From assembly GCA_949358305.1 (NCBI GenBank), contig OX442314.1, forward strand, positions 5,084,001-5,148,000: a stretch of DNA of 64,000 nucleotides, written 5' to 3'. The stretch comes from Strigamia acuminata (Eukaryota). Position 1 is the first letter of the stretch; each line of letters opens with the position of its first letter. The translations under genes were made by a program, and so were the position numbers. Shown here one piece after another: positions 1 through 12,290 of the stretch. The notes under the pieces were generated by a model. It did not search any database. It had not been told where the DNA came from and saw only the letters and a list, made by a program, of their open reading frames with translations.

Positions 1-7
1 TAAATTT

Positions 8-220
8 CAGCTGATTTACTAGATTATCAAATGATTTTTGTCGGATTTACTAGATTTTTATCTGATTCACTAGACTTTCATCTGATTTACTAGATTTTCA
101 TCTGATTTACTAGATTTTTATTTGATTTACTAGATTTTTATCTGATTTACTAGATTTTGATCTAATTTACTGGATTTTTATCTAATTTACTAGACATTCA
201 TCTAATTTACTAGATTTTCT
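8..220. repeat. 20-bp minisatellite (GATTTACTAGATTTTCATCT-like)
   Basis: About ten degenerate tandem copies visible directly. Confidence 0.9.
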
Positions 221-351
221 CATGATATGTTAGCTGATTTCCTAAACTTTTTCGCGAATTTTTAAATTCGCAACTGCCTTCCTAAATTTTTATTTCAGTT
301 ATTTGAATTTGCAGTGAACTTGTTAAACAATTTGTCCATCGACTGATCACC

Positions 352-423
352 AGCAGAGTGGCGCAGTGGAAGCGTGCTGGGCCCATAACCCAGAGGCCGA
401 TGGATCGAAACCATCCTCTGCTA
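352..423 (+). tRNA. tRNA-iMet: Initiator tRNA-Met (CAT)
   Basis: AGCAGAG/CTCTGCT acceptor stem with A1-U72, GGG/CCC anticodon stem with CAT, eukaryotic initiator T-loop GATCGAAA; T-runs (Pol III terminator) immediately downstream. Confidence 0.97.
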
Positions 424-1069
424 ATTCTGTTTTTTATTTTTTTTTATTTTTATTTTTTTATTTTTTTTTTTATATTATCAAAACAATTCAACAGAGAATT
501 CAAAATGCAATTTTCTCTTCATTATTCTACGACTAATTTACTTTCTATATTCATCAAACAACCCTACACAAGAGCGTAATACCATCAATTGTGGTACGGT
601 GGCGCCACTGTCGAAAACACAAAACGGAAAATAATCGAAAATAACAAAACAATTTATTTAATTAACTAAAACTAATAAAAATGCAAATTCTTTGAAACGT
701 TAATTGAATCTCAGTAAGTCACGCGATTTAACATTACGAATTAAATATTTAAACGTGATTTTGAATTAATAATGCAACAAAATCGAATCACGAACCAGCT
801 ACAATGCACGCAATTTGTCAAGTACCCACCACTTGGCGATCTAGTTAAATTATCTCTTGCTTCTGGTCAATGGAAAAAATCTTTCGCCTTTTACTAAAGA
901 TTTCCGTGGCCGGGAGTATTCAATGAGTCTTTAGACCCAATTTTTTGCGATCTCGTTTTCGGACGGGATCATAAATAATCAAAAATAAGATTTAAGTAAA
1001 AACGAAACTAAAAATGGTTGTTATTTGCTAATAGGGCCTAATTTAATGTCCAACCTAACCTACGGTGCA

Positions 1070-1960
1070 TTTTATTGTTAAAACTGTTTGTTTTATTGCT
1101 AAAACGGTCTGTTATATTATTAAAACGGTCCGTTATATTGCTAAAACGGTTTCTTTTATTGCTAAAACGTTTAAAATGGTTTCTTATATTGCTAAAACGT
1201 TTAAAACGGTTCCTTTTATTGCCAAAACGTTTACAACGGTTTTTAATATTGCTAAAACGTTTAAAATGGTTTCTTATATTGCTAAAACGTTTAAAACGGT
1301 TCCTTTTATTGCCAAAACGTCTACAACGGTTTTTAATATTGCTAAAACGTTTAAAATGGTTTCTTATATTGCTAAAACGTTTAAAACGGTTTATTTTATT
1401 GCTAAAACGTTTAAAACGGTTCTTTATGTTGCTAAAACGTTTAAAACGGTTTCTTTTATTGCTAAAACGTTTTAAACGGTTCTTTTTATTGCTAAAACGT
1501 TTTAAACGGTTCTTTTTATTGCTAAAACGTTTAAAACGGTTCCTTTTATTGCTAAAACGTTTAAAACGGTTCCTTTTCTTGCTAAAACGGTTAATTTATG
1601 CCAAAATGGTCCAAGTCCAAGTTATTGCCAATACAATTTATTTAACTGCCAAAACGGTGCATTTTATTGATAAAACCGGCCATTTTATTGCCAAAATTAT
1701 CAATTCCTTTGCTAAAACGACTCGTTTTAACCTTCAAACCGAAATAAAACGTTTAAAACGGTTCCTTTTATTGCTAAAACGTTTAAAACGGTTCCTTTTC
1801 TTGCTAAAACGGTTAATTTATGCCAAAATGGTCCAAGTTATTGCCAATACGATTCATTTAACTGCCAAAACGATGCATTTTATTGATAAAACCGGCCATT
1901 TTATTGCCAAAATTATCAATTCCTTTGCTAAAACGACTCGTGTTAACCTTCAAACCGAAA
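1070..1960. repeat. 30-bp minisatellite (GCTAAAACGTTTAAAACGGTTTCTTTTATT) with a ~200-bp duplicated tail
   Basis: Tandem units visible; they generate the repetitive ORFs 1065..1475 and 1075..2067. Confidence 0.9.
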
Positions 1961-3891
1961 ACCAGCCAAAAAATCCCAACATTCAACATTTCCCAAGCAA
2001 AATCCCACTTTCAATTCCAACAAACCTTCGCACCAATCCCACCCAAAACAACCAAAAATCAAACTAATATCCCCCCCCGCCCCCCCCCCCACAAAACATA
2101 CGGTCAAACCAAACACACAAAACTTTCCATTTAAAACCAAAGAAAAAACGTTTCGCGTGCATTTTCCGAGTCGTTAATCTCAATATTCGTTTTGTGTACA
2201 TTTTCACCGTTAATTAAATTTCTTATTTAACCGCCAGATTGAGGTAGAGAGTTGAAACAACAATTAAAGCACACATGCTCGGCGCTTTTTCAAACAAAGA
2301 TCGAACGAGGAAACGGGGAAAAAGAGCGAATTAGTCTGGGCAAACGACACATCAAAGCACTTGTGGTAAATCCATGCATTAAATTTCAATTTAATCACCC
2401 AACGAAAATCCCGGCGGCACCAAAAGTGCATCAAGAACGCATGCGCAATTGGATTTAATTGCCGTCCTCTTCATTAAGGCAAAAGTTGAAACGGAAAAAA
2501 AAAATTAAAATTAAAAAATTTTAACTTCGATAATATTTCCCATTGAAATGGGCACCGCAATTACAGCCAAAGGAAATGAAAACACAAGTTTTCCATTTGC
2601 TTTTACTCCGGCGGTTAAACAAATGGCGTCTTTTTGTAAATAAAAATGGAGGAGGAGGGAAAAAAATATAATAAATGGATGCAAAAGTGTTTCTTTTTTG
2701 TTTGCAATTGATTTTAGGTTGAGCAAACTGCATTAGGAAAGTTGTTTTATATTTATTTATTTATATTTTTATTTTTAGAGTCTAGTTTTCGGTTGTTTCT
2801 GCTTGTTGACAGAGGGCGCTAATTACGTGAGAACTCTAGTGTCGAGGCTACGGTAGGCCGCCATGTCTGTTGCTCGGGTTTGGCTGGAAATCTCGTAAGA
2901 AGCAAGATTTTAGACTTTAAAATCCATGAGATGTCGTGAAATCGTAATCGTTTCGGTAATAGTAGCAAACTCGTTGAAGAAATTCGCCTGAAATCGTCAA
3001 ATCGTCAAATTTATAGCAACGGATTAAGTTAGCCATATTTTAATCGACATAACGGGTGTTCGTGAGTTAAACAAACTATAAATAAAGTTGTTAAACCCAC
3101 AAGGAAGGATTCTTCGGTGATGGAATGCAGAGGAATTTATGTTGAAGCCCCCACAATGCAAAACAAGGCTGTATTTGCCAACCATCGCTTTAAAATTCAT
3201 CCAGTATGTCGATTTTAGCCAGCTGTAATGTTCAAAATTAAATGAATTTGTTTAATTTTGCTGATTTTCTTGGTTTTCAGAGACCGGAAGTGACGATGTT
3301 TACATCAAAAGCAAGTGATACTAATAATGAATCAAACGAAATAAAAAGAAGTGCAAACGAGCCAGAACGTAGACATGAAAAGACGAGATTGAAATCGCAC
3401 ATTGTGTAGTGAACTTAAATGAAATAACTTCGTCAATCGCGCGTGACAAATGATGCCAGTTGTCAACGTCTCACGCATCTGATATCGCGTTTGATGCAGA
3501 CCACGTGACCATCTTGGGCCAACGGGAAGTTGAGTTTTGGTAAATTGTTCCCATTGGCTGAGACTTTTCAACATGTGCAATAGAAAAATTAATTCAAAAA
3601 ATTCTGAAAACAATTGAAAGAACTCAACATTTATTTCTTAATTCACGTGCATTTTCCAATACTAACGTCGACGTTTTTTTCAACTTTTTTTAACAACCTC
3701 TGTCCTAGACATTCAAGCACCCATTTTGAAAATATACCAATGATGTTACTAGCGACCTCTCGTATGAAAATGGCAAAGCGAAACTCCCTTGTAAAGCTAA
3801 GCGAGAAAACCGCGCAAGAATGCACGATTTTCAGAATGACACGATAGAAAAAAAACGCACACAAAAACGCACCTTAACGTCGTTTTTTTTC

Positions 3892-4421
3892 CAGTGTTGT
3901 ATCGAACACGAACTAAGATCTAAGAACTAAGAACTAAGATTGCGAACTAGTTCACTTTTACAAGTGAACGCAAAAAACAAACTCAGTTCACTTTTAAGAG
4001 TGAACTTGAACGAAGTTTGCGTTCACCATGTTTGATGATGAAAACGTCGCAAAAAAGTAACTTTTTGCATCGGTTTTAAACGTTTTGATGACGTTTTCAT
4101 CATCAAAACCTTTATTTTGATCACTTTTTTACAACAAAAACGGCAAAAACAGCCGTTTTTGTCATTAAAATCAATGAAAACGACTGCTTTACTAAAAAAA
4201 AAATTTTTTTTCCACCTGCAAATCACTGAACATAAAATAAAAACATTTCAATTTTTTAAAAATAAATTGGAAAAGTGAACTGAACTATTGGTTCAAGTTT
4301 GTGAACTTGAACTTACTTCACGTTGAAAAAAATTGTAGTGAACGTGAACGTGAACTAGTTCACACGGTGATGAACGCGAACTTGAACTAGTTAACGATTT
4401 GGTGAACGAGATACAAAATTG
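3892..4421 (+). mobile_element. Non-autonomous DNA transposon family A (GAACTAGTTCAC-rich, CAGTGTTGTATC termini; hAT-like)
   Basis: Starts CAGTGTTGTATC and ends GATACAAAATTG (diverged from GATACAACACTG); subterminal GTGAAC/GTTCAC repeats; other copies at ~27035-27132, ~30940-31570 and 48383-48497. Confidence 0.7.
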
Positions 4422-4482
4422 CTTTTTACCCACAATTCCTCAGTTCACAGTCTAATATACATTTGCTATCCGCCTATCCCCA

Positions 4483-4917
4483 TCACGGCTCCTTTAACCG
4501 GCATAACCCGCAAGCGTAACTCAAACAAAGTTGAAACCCGAACCGGCAACGAGTCTCCGGTGATGGAACGCCAGAAATTTGTTTCCTCCGCTGATGGTCA
4601 GACGAAGAAAGACCGAGCGAGAGGAGATTTGAGGAGGAATCTCCAAAACTGATTGGCTCTTTCCCTTGCCAGCACAGCTCACGGACTCCGCGGCTTAATC
4701 TGTTCTCGTCTCGAAGCTTGTTCCGCTCCGCTATGTCGGCCGGGGGCCCCCGGAAGAAGCCAAAGTATCGCTTGTCCATTATCATCGCCCTCATCGTTAT
4801 CATCATCATCAGGTTCGTCTTAGCGGGGTCGGGGAGAGGCGGGGGGGGGACGCAATATCGCACGATTGAGTGGGTGCGCACCAACGCTCGGTTGCGTCCA
4901 TCCATCTGCTCCGCCAC
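4483..4917 (-). CDS. Possible exon of an unidentified gene (144-codon open frame)
   Basis: GC-rich island in AT-rich DNA; CATCAG acceptor-like site just upstream; only this minus-strand frame is fully open; no homology recognised. Confidence 0.2.
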   Translation of the reverse strand: MAEQMDGRNRALVRTHSIVRYCVPPPPLPDPAKTNLMMMITMRAMIMDKRYFGFFRGPPADIAERNKLRDENRLSRGVRELCWQGKEPISFGDSSSNLLSLGLSSSDHQRRKQISGVPSPETRCRFGFQLCLSYACGLCRLKEP

Positions 4918-5259
4918 CTGATGGATGAAACTTGCACGGTTCTCTATTGTTGACGTGAATGGCCGATGGATTTCAAATTAATTCATGGCACACCACGTGT
5001 AGTTTCTATCAAATGAAGCAATAAAAGAGGTTATTTATTGGGGGGGAACCCCTGGAGTTGTTTTATTGGGTCGCGTGGCGTGTTGATATGTTTGTGAATG
5101 TTTTGTTGGATGGGGTTTTAATGGGGTTGGGGTGGGAGGTGGTGGGGAATCAGTGGGGTGGGGTTTTTAAATGTTGTTTTAGAGGTGGAGTTTTCATTTT
5201 TTTTTTTTTTTTTTTTTGAGGGAATTTTAGGTGAATGTTTTTGAAAAAAATTTTGGGAG

Positions 5260-6240
5260 GATTTTGGGATTGGTTTTTGGGGGGTTTTGTGGGGGTTTTG
5301 TGGGGGTTTTTGAGGGATTTTGTGGGTTTTTGAGTGTTTTTGAGGGTTTTGGGGTGTTTTTGAATTGAGGAATAATTCAAGTTGGATTTTTTTTATTTGA
5401 TTTTGGATTGTTTAATTTGAAGATAATTTGGGGAAGTTTTGAGAAAAGTTTGACTAATTTTTTTGAGGAATTTTTTGGGAAATTTTTTGGGGAATTTTTT
5501 GGGAAATTTTTTGGGGAATTTTTTGGGAAATTTTTTGGGGAATTTTTTGGGGAATTTGTTGGGAAAATTTGGAGGAATTTTTGGGAAAATTTGGAGGAAT
5601 TTTTGGGAAAATTTGGAGGGATTTTTGGGAAAATTTTGAGGGATTTTTGGGAAAATTTGGAGGGATTTTTGGGGAATTTTTTGGGGAATTTTTTGGGGAA
5701 TTTTTTGGGAAATTTTGAGGAATTTTTGAGAAAAATTTTAGAAATTTTAGGGAAATTTTAGACAAATTTTAGACAAATTTTAGACAGATTTTAGAAAAAT
5801 TTTAGAGAAATTTTGAACAAAATTCATAAATTTTGAACAAAATTCATAAATTTTGACCAAAATTTATAAATTTTGACCAAAATTCATAAATTTTGACCAA
5901 AATTCATAAATTTTGACCAAAATCCATAAATTTTAACCAAAATTTATAAATTTCTCGCAGTATTTCTTAAACGTCTAGCAAATTTAATAAATTTCCAACA
6001 AATTTCACAAATTCCCATCAAATTTTACAAATTTCCATCAAACTCCACAAATTCCCATCAAACTTCACAAATTCCCATCAAATTTCACAAACTCCCATTA
6101 AATTTCATAAAACCAGATAAAATTCAATCAAAATCCCCCAAAAACCCAACAAAATCCCCCCAAAACCCAACAAAAATCCACAAAAACCAACCAAAAACCC
6201 AAAAAACCCATAAAACAAAAAACCACAAAAACCCAAATAA
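5260..6240. repeat. Low-complexity/minisatellite block (GGGAATTTTTTG-type, 20-bp ATAAATTTTGACCAAAATTC, then C/A-rich units)
   Basis: Tandem units visible. Confidence 0.85.
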
Positions 6241-7458
6241 AATCTCCTCCAAAACTCCACCGCAACACTCCAACGACTTAACCCACGATCCCAATCCCAC
6301 ATCACTTATTCAGACCCATTAAAACCAGCCCGACTTTTATCGGTGTCCATTCCGCCTCTCTCATTTGACTCCGCCGAAAACAGGTGTTGGCAAGCACGAA
6401 ATTATCATTCACCGAGCCGCCATTTTTAGCCGCGCACTCGCGACTCCCATTACAAACGCGCCTCGTAAACAATGCACCTCCGACGAGTTTTAATGGTTCA
6501 CTCAGAAAACGCTTACGAGCGGGTGGAGGGGAGGGGACCCCTGCAGGACCAAAACGAGCGACTTTTGCACTCCGCATTAAAATTCACTTGCAATTTATAA
6601 TTCTTTAATCCGTTTTGGCTCGCGCTTTTCTTCGTGTTAATTTGCATTTCTCGAGAAAAAGCCTCAAAAAGTTCAAAAGTTGGACGGCTGCCGTTACAAG
6701 CGTGTTAGATCGGCCTCATTTACCACGCAAACCACGTCTCATTAACACAACAAACAATAATCACACCCACCACCACCACCCATATTGTATTTCCGAACAA
6801 TAAGTCGGAATAAAATCACCATTTCCAGCGAATTCAACATTTTTATTTTTATTTCTGTTTTAGTCACAATTTTTCAATTACATGTATCGAAAAAAGTCGC
6901 GATAACTTGTTCGGTTTAGTCGAAAGAGTTTTTGTTGATGGATCGTTTAAGTTTGCATTAAAGCTTCGTATTTGAACGTTCGTTCTGCGGTTATTTCTCG
7001 TCGACAACCACGTGTACAAAGCAATTTAGTGATACATAATCTAAACAGTATTACTGGAGTGTTTCGCACTCCAATTCTGTACATTCCTTTCATTGTTTAA
7101 TTGTGACGCACGTCATGCAAGTCGCGTTCTCGTGACATTACGAGATCGCGTACAGCGCCACCTGTACTTTTATGCAAATAAAGTCTATTCATGCAGATAT
7201 TCATACAACAACTGCCTCGTGTTCAATTCCATCCAACAATATCCAATTTCATCCGATACAATCCGATTCTACAAACACACCAATTACCGTACTGCCTCGA
7301 ATAAACGCTGGGGCATTCAATAATTTTTTTTGACTCGTCCCACCCGGCTCTTTATCCGAAGCCCGGCGAAGGGTTAAAGCGCTGCTCAAAAGAGTCTTGT
7401 TCGAAGTATCGAAAGAGGGCGCTGATCCCATAAGCGCTGTTGTCTTTATTCGGTAGTC

Positions 7459-7540
7459 TACTTTTTTGTGCCACTACACCAGTGAGACGGCTCGACCAAT
7501 AGGAATTAGGACCACGTTGTATCGGTTTGGATTATATATA
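7459..7540 (+). repeat. Dispersed repeat family F (CTACTTTTTTGTGCCACTACACCAGTGAGACGGCTC)
   Basis: Same motif at ~55876-56058 (+) and inverted at ~27990-28210 and ~29585-29640. Confidence 0.75.
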
Positions 7541-7544
7541 ACTT

Positions 7545-7862
7545 CATTTTAGCGAGCAACATGGGTCTGCAGCTAGTTTTTCTTTTATAGATCGGTGCCT
7601 AACCTAAGTAAAGTAGTCGAGCGACAAAATTGCTACCGAAGAACACGAAGAACGAAAGCCGATAGTCTACAACTTCGTTTTAGCTAGCAGCACAGGTCTG
7701 CAGCTAGTTTTTCTTTTATAGATCGGTGCCTAACCTAAGTAAAATAGTCGAGCGACAAAATTGCTACCGAAAAACACGAAGAACGAAAGCCGATAGTCTA
7801 CAACTTCGTTTTAGCTAGCAGCACAGGTCTGCAGCTAGTTTTTCTTTTATAGATTGGTGCCT
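7545..7862 (+). repeat. 131-bp tandem repeat (x2.4), each unit ending ...CTGCAGCTAG|T (Helitron 3'-end-like)
   Basis: CTGCAGCTAG recurs at 7567, 7698 and 7829; the Helitron interpretation is inference. Confidence 0.7.
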
Positions 7863-8959
7863 GTGTGCGTGATTGGCTGGAGAAAAAATAAAAGAAATGT
7901 AAATTTTATTAGGGCATACTTCAAAACCATATCTCAAATTTATAGTAATGATAAAATATGGAATCGGTGACTTATTGTGGACTCATTGAAAGAGAAGGAA
8001 ATGAAACTAAGGTTCAGTTGCAAAGTAAGTTGCAACGGAAGAGGAACACGAGAAGTTGGCGACGGGCCAAATACTCTCTTGCCACGTTTATGAGGGTGAA
8101 ACTAAACTCGGACTGGTTTATAACCAAACTGAGAACTATCATCAACGTCCGAGTTGCAACCCAACAAATTGTCATGGCAATCATAACTCTATATTCCATT
8201 GTGTGTCTTCCATTTGCCGGCGAGTGCATCACGGGAAAATGGCCTTATTGCACAAATTGTTTTCTATTTTTATATATTTCTATTTTTTTTTGCTCGTTCT
8301 CGAGTGAAGTCGACCTGAAAAACATTTTATTTCGACGATAAATAAAGGAAATTGATCGGACATCTTCGACGGGTTAAACAAAGAGCGACTCCGCGTCGTT
8401 ACCGTAATGGCGAATAAATGAGGAATCGTGCAGGGTTTAACAAAGTAAACAAATCCGAAATCCATTTGCACAAATCCCGCACTTTGCTGTGATTTAATGG
8501 GAAAAATAAAAGACGAGATTTGTTCATTCGTGTCGTTGAATAAATAAAATCACTTAGATTTATTTTTTTTTTAAATTTATTTTTATTTTTATTTGTTTTT
8601 GTTGCGAATTTACATTTGTTTGTGGGTGAACGAACACGTGATCAATCGGTCTAATTACCGATGATTTGTTTCGTCTTATCGCTGTCACAATCGTTCGTGT
8701 CGAGACCTTTCAATTTCAGTGCCACTTCCGTTTTCCCATCTCGAGTGACACGAGAAGAAGAAAATTAATTGTGCTCTTCACCAACCGCCGTCGCCCTCAC
8801 TCGGCGGGTGCTCAAACGTGTTTCCTCTCGAATTAAACCACTTATTCGGCCCCATGTTTATTTCGCCAAAGAAAACTAGCAAAATTTAACGTAAAATTTA
8901 TAGATTTTTTAAAAATCAACTTATTTTTTAATCGATTTATTCAATTTTTTAGACTTTCT

Positions 8960-9045
8960 CGGGTTTTAGCATAACCCAAAACCGATCCCGGGTTTTCCAA
9001 CAACCATGGCGGCAAATTTCGTGCCAACGTGACTCGGCATCACAG
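8960..9045 (+). other. Probable non-coding first exon of the ERG28-like gene (5' boundary approximate)
   Basis: CAG|GTGAGT donor at 9045/9046; intron 9046-9202 has CTAAT branch-like site and TTCCAG acceptor. Confidence 0.55.
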
Positions 9046-9395
9046 GTGAGTTAATATCGCTAAAAATCTCCAAAAATCCCCAAACAAAACCCACAAAACA
9101 TCAAAACGCGAACTAAAATCCCTAAAAATCACAAACAAACCACCCGAATCCCATCCAACCAACCTTTAATCGATAAAACCACCACTAATCGATTAATTCC
9201 AGATGCCACCACCAGGCAAATCCGAGCGCTGCGATCGACTCGGTTTGTTTAATTCGCGGCGCATCGGAGCAGATCGCCACACCAGTACTCGCCTTCGTAG
9301 CTGGCGAAGGCCCGCGCACTCGCGGACTCGCTCTCGATCGATAGCAGCTATACAATGCTGTGAATGCCACGTCGGATGTTTCCGGCGAGCGAAGG

Positions 9396-9543
9396 ATGAA
9401 AGCGCACGGCATGATCTACACCCTGCGTGGCTGGGTGGCCTTCGTGGCCTTCATGGATTTAGGCACGGCCGCGCGCTGCTTTCTCGACGACAATTTCCTC
9501 GGCAGTAAGATGTATTCTTCCGACAACCTGCTGTCGCACACAG
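9396..9543 (+). CDS. ERG28: Ergosterol biosynthesis protein 28-like, first coding exon
   Basis: MKAHGMIYTLRGWVAFVAFMDLGTAARCFLDDNFLGSKMYS resembles the ERG28/C14orf1 N-terminus (LRxW-hydrophobic-G(N/T)...F...FL..K.Y; arthropod form RGW.AFVAFMDLGTA) as recalled; ends at a CAG|GTGAGT phase-1 donor. Confidence 0.8.
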
Positions 9544-10059
9544 GTGAGTCACGTCGCCCTTTTTTCTTTTTACTCTCCTCATCGATTCATTTCTTCTTAT
9601 CGCCGACGAGCAAAACATTTTTCTTTTTCGTTTTTTTTTTTTTAAAAATAATAATGTTTTTTTTTTCGATTAAAAGGGAAAAACCGATAAACCGTTGTCA
9701 ATATGGCGACATTGTCATAAGAAAGGACGATTGGTTTTCGGTTTGTTTAGGCTTTTAATTTGTGTCCGGTGATCGATAGCGGTGGCCTTCGGGATCACGA
9801 ACGACGGAGTAATATCGTGGGTATTTAATTTAATAGGCACATATAAATGGCATATAAATAGGAAAAAGGCGACAATTTTATTGTACGTAATCGTACGTTC
9901 GGGGAGTTTGTCTGCCGGTGAACGTCGGTGATGTAAGGGGTGAAGCCAACGTTTGGAATATCGTAACTTTACGGGGCGTGGGTTACTCTTTTAACATCTT
10001 GCGCTTACATGTGCAGACGTTGACTGGTAGCGAATTGCGTTGAATCAACGGGTGGATTT

Positions 10060-11045
10060 GCGGTCTGTGGGGCCCTTTCGGCCTTTTTTGGGGCCCTAAT
10101 TGAAAAAAAAATCAAAAAATCTCTTTTTTAATGTTTTTTTTTTTACGAAAAAAAATGTTTTTGAATTGAGGACTCTCTTTTTGTAGCCACATGGGGCCCT
10201 GTTCCTGTGAGAACCTATAAATGGGCCTATGGGGCCCTTTCAGCCTTTTTTTGGGACTCTAATCGAAAAAAATAAAAAAAAATGTATAAAAATTATTTTT
10301 CTAAAAAAATAAAAAAAATTATATTGGAATTGGAGACCCCTTCTAGCAGCCACGTGGGGCCCTTTTCCTAATAGAACCTGTAAACGGTCTGTGGGGCCCT
10401 TTCAGCCTTTTTTGGGGCTCTAATTGGTAAAAAAAAATTAAAAAATCTAATTTTAAATGTTTTTCTTTAAAAAAAATTGTTTTTTAATTGGGACCCCCTC
10501 TTGCAGCCACTATGGGGCCCTTTTCCTGATAGAACCTGTAAACGGTTTGTGGGGCCCTTTCAGCCTTTTTTGGGGCCCTAATTGAAAAAAAAAATCAAAA
10601 AATCTCTTTTTTAATGTTTTTTTTTTAGGTTAAAAAATTGTTTTTGAATTGAGGACTCTGTTTTGCAGCCACATGGGGCCCTTTTTCTGTGGGAACCTAT
10701 AAATGGCCTGTGGGGCCCTTTCAGCCTTTTTTTGGGACTCTAATCGAAAAAAATAAAAAAAAATGTATAAAAATTATTTTTCTAAAAAAATAAAAAAAAT
10801 TATATTGGAATTGGGGACCCCTTCTTGCAGCCACGTGGGGCCCTTTTTCTGATAGAACCTGTAAATGGTCTGTGGGGGCCTTTTCAGCCTTGTTTAGGGC
10901 TCTAATTGGTAAAAAAAAAAATAAAAAATCTAATTTTAAATGTTTTTCTTAAGAAAAAAAAATTGTTTTTGAATTGAGGACCCCTTTTGTACCCAAATGG
11001 GGCCCTTTTCCTGTGAGAACCTATAAATGGTTTGTGGGGCCCTTC
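10060..11045. repeat. ~160-bp satellite, 6+ units arranged as a duplicated ~482-bp trimer
   Basis: Unit starts at ~10062, 10222, 10386, 10544, 10704, 10867 and 11029; GGGGCCC motifs alternate with A/T tracts. Confidence 0.9.
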
Positions 11046-11699
11046 CTGAAGAAAAAAAAATTTAGTCAATTTTTTTTTTTAGAAATATTTTCTTAAGAAA
11101 AAAATTTTCAGTGTGGAGTTCTGGGGCCCCCACGAGCCCCACGGGCCCCACGTCAACATGGGGCCCTTCTCCTTCGAGAGTTTTTAAATCCACTCGTGCA
11201 TGCGCTTACTTGGCGCTGATTTCACTTAATGAGTAACATCGTTAAGCCTTTTTTGGGTCCGTTTCGGGTTTTAGCGAAGTCGTGGCAAAGCTGTGATGAA
11301 ATTAGTTCGAAGTTTTCATTGTGGTGATGGAATAATGTAATTATGAGGTTATTTTTTTTGGTTTGATGTGAGTTGAGGTGTTAAAGGTGGGCAGGATTAT
11401 TTCCTTGGTGGATTGGGTGAGTTTGGATGATTAAATTGGGGGTAAACGGGGATCGAGCGGGCGCTTGTAAGTTATTGTTTTGACAGGTGGTGTTCGATAT
11501 ATAGGTTTTTGTAATTAGATAATAATTGGCTTGTGGGTGGTGTTGGGGAAGATGTTGTTGCAATTGAAGTGTAATTTTGGGATTTTAAGGTGTAATTAAA
11601 TTACGATTGAATTTAGTTTCAGTTTTTGTTGGGTTTGTTAATGTTTTTGTGGAAACACGTTTTGTTCTGTGATTGTGGAGGGGACCATGGTACATAAAG

Positions 11700-12290
11700 T
11701 GCATTTTTCATATTATAGTGCATGTTTTTTTTGTCGAAAATGCAATTTTTTCTTCAGAAAATGCATTTTTTTTTACGGAAAATGCATTTTTTTGTTGGAA
11801 ATTTTTTGTTTGTTAAAAGTGCATTTTTTTTTGTCAAAAAATGTATTTTTTCGTCGGAGATTTTTTTTTTGTCGAAAAATGTATTTGTTTATATACAAAT
11901 GCATTATTTCACAAAAAATTCATTATTTTACAAAAAATGCATTATTTCACAAAAAATTCATTATTTTACAAAAAATGCATTATTTCACAAAAAATTCATT
12001 ATTTTACAAAAAATGCATTATTTTACAAAAAATGCATTATTTCACAAAAAATTCATTATTTCACAAAGAATTCATTATTTCACAAAAAATGCATTATTTT
12101 ATCAAACATGCATATTTTAAAATTTTTAACAAAAAATGCATAATTTCACAAAAAATGCATAAAATCACCAAATAATGCATGATTTCACAAAATAATGCAT
12201 GATTTCACAAAAAAATGCATGATTTCACAAAAAAATGCATTATTTTGCAAGAAAATGCATTGTTTTGCATGAAAATGCATTATTTTCAGC
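11700..12290. repeat. 20-bp minisatellite (AAAAAATGCATTATTTCACA)
   Basis: Tandem units visible. Confidence 0.9.

Noticed and set aside
358..579. 73-aa ORF
   Set aside because: Overlaps the tRNA gene and its T-rich terminator.
1065..2067. Long ORFs (136 and 330 aa) with KRLKRF/IAKTFK repeats
   Set aside because: Translation of a stop-free 30-bp minisatellite.
9544..9758. C-terminal part of ORF 9360..9758
   Set aside because: Read-through into the intron past the GTGAGT donor; T-rich low complexity.
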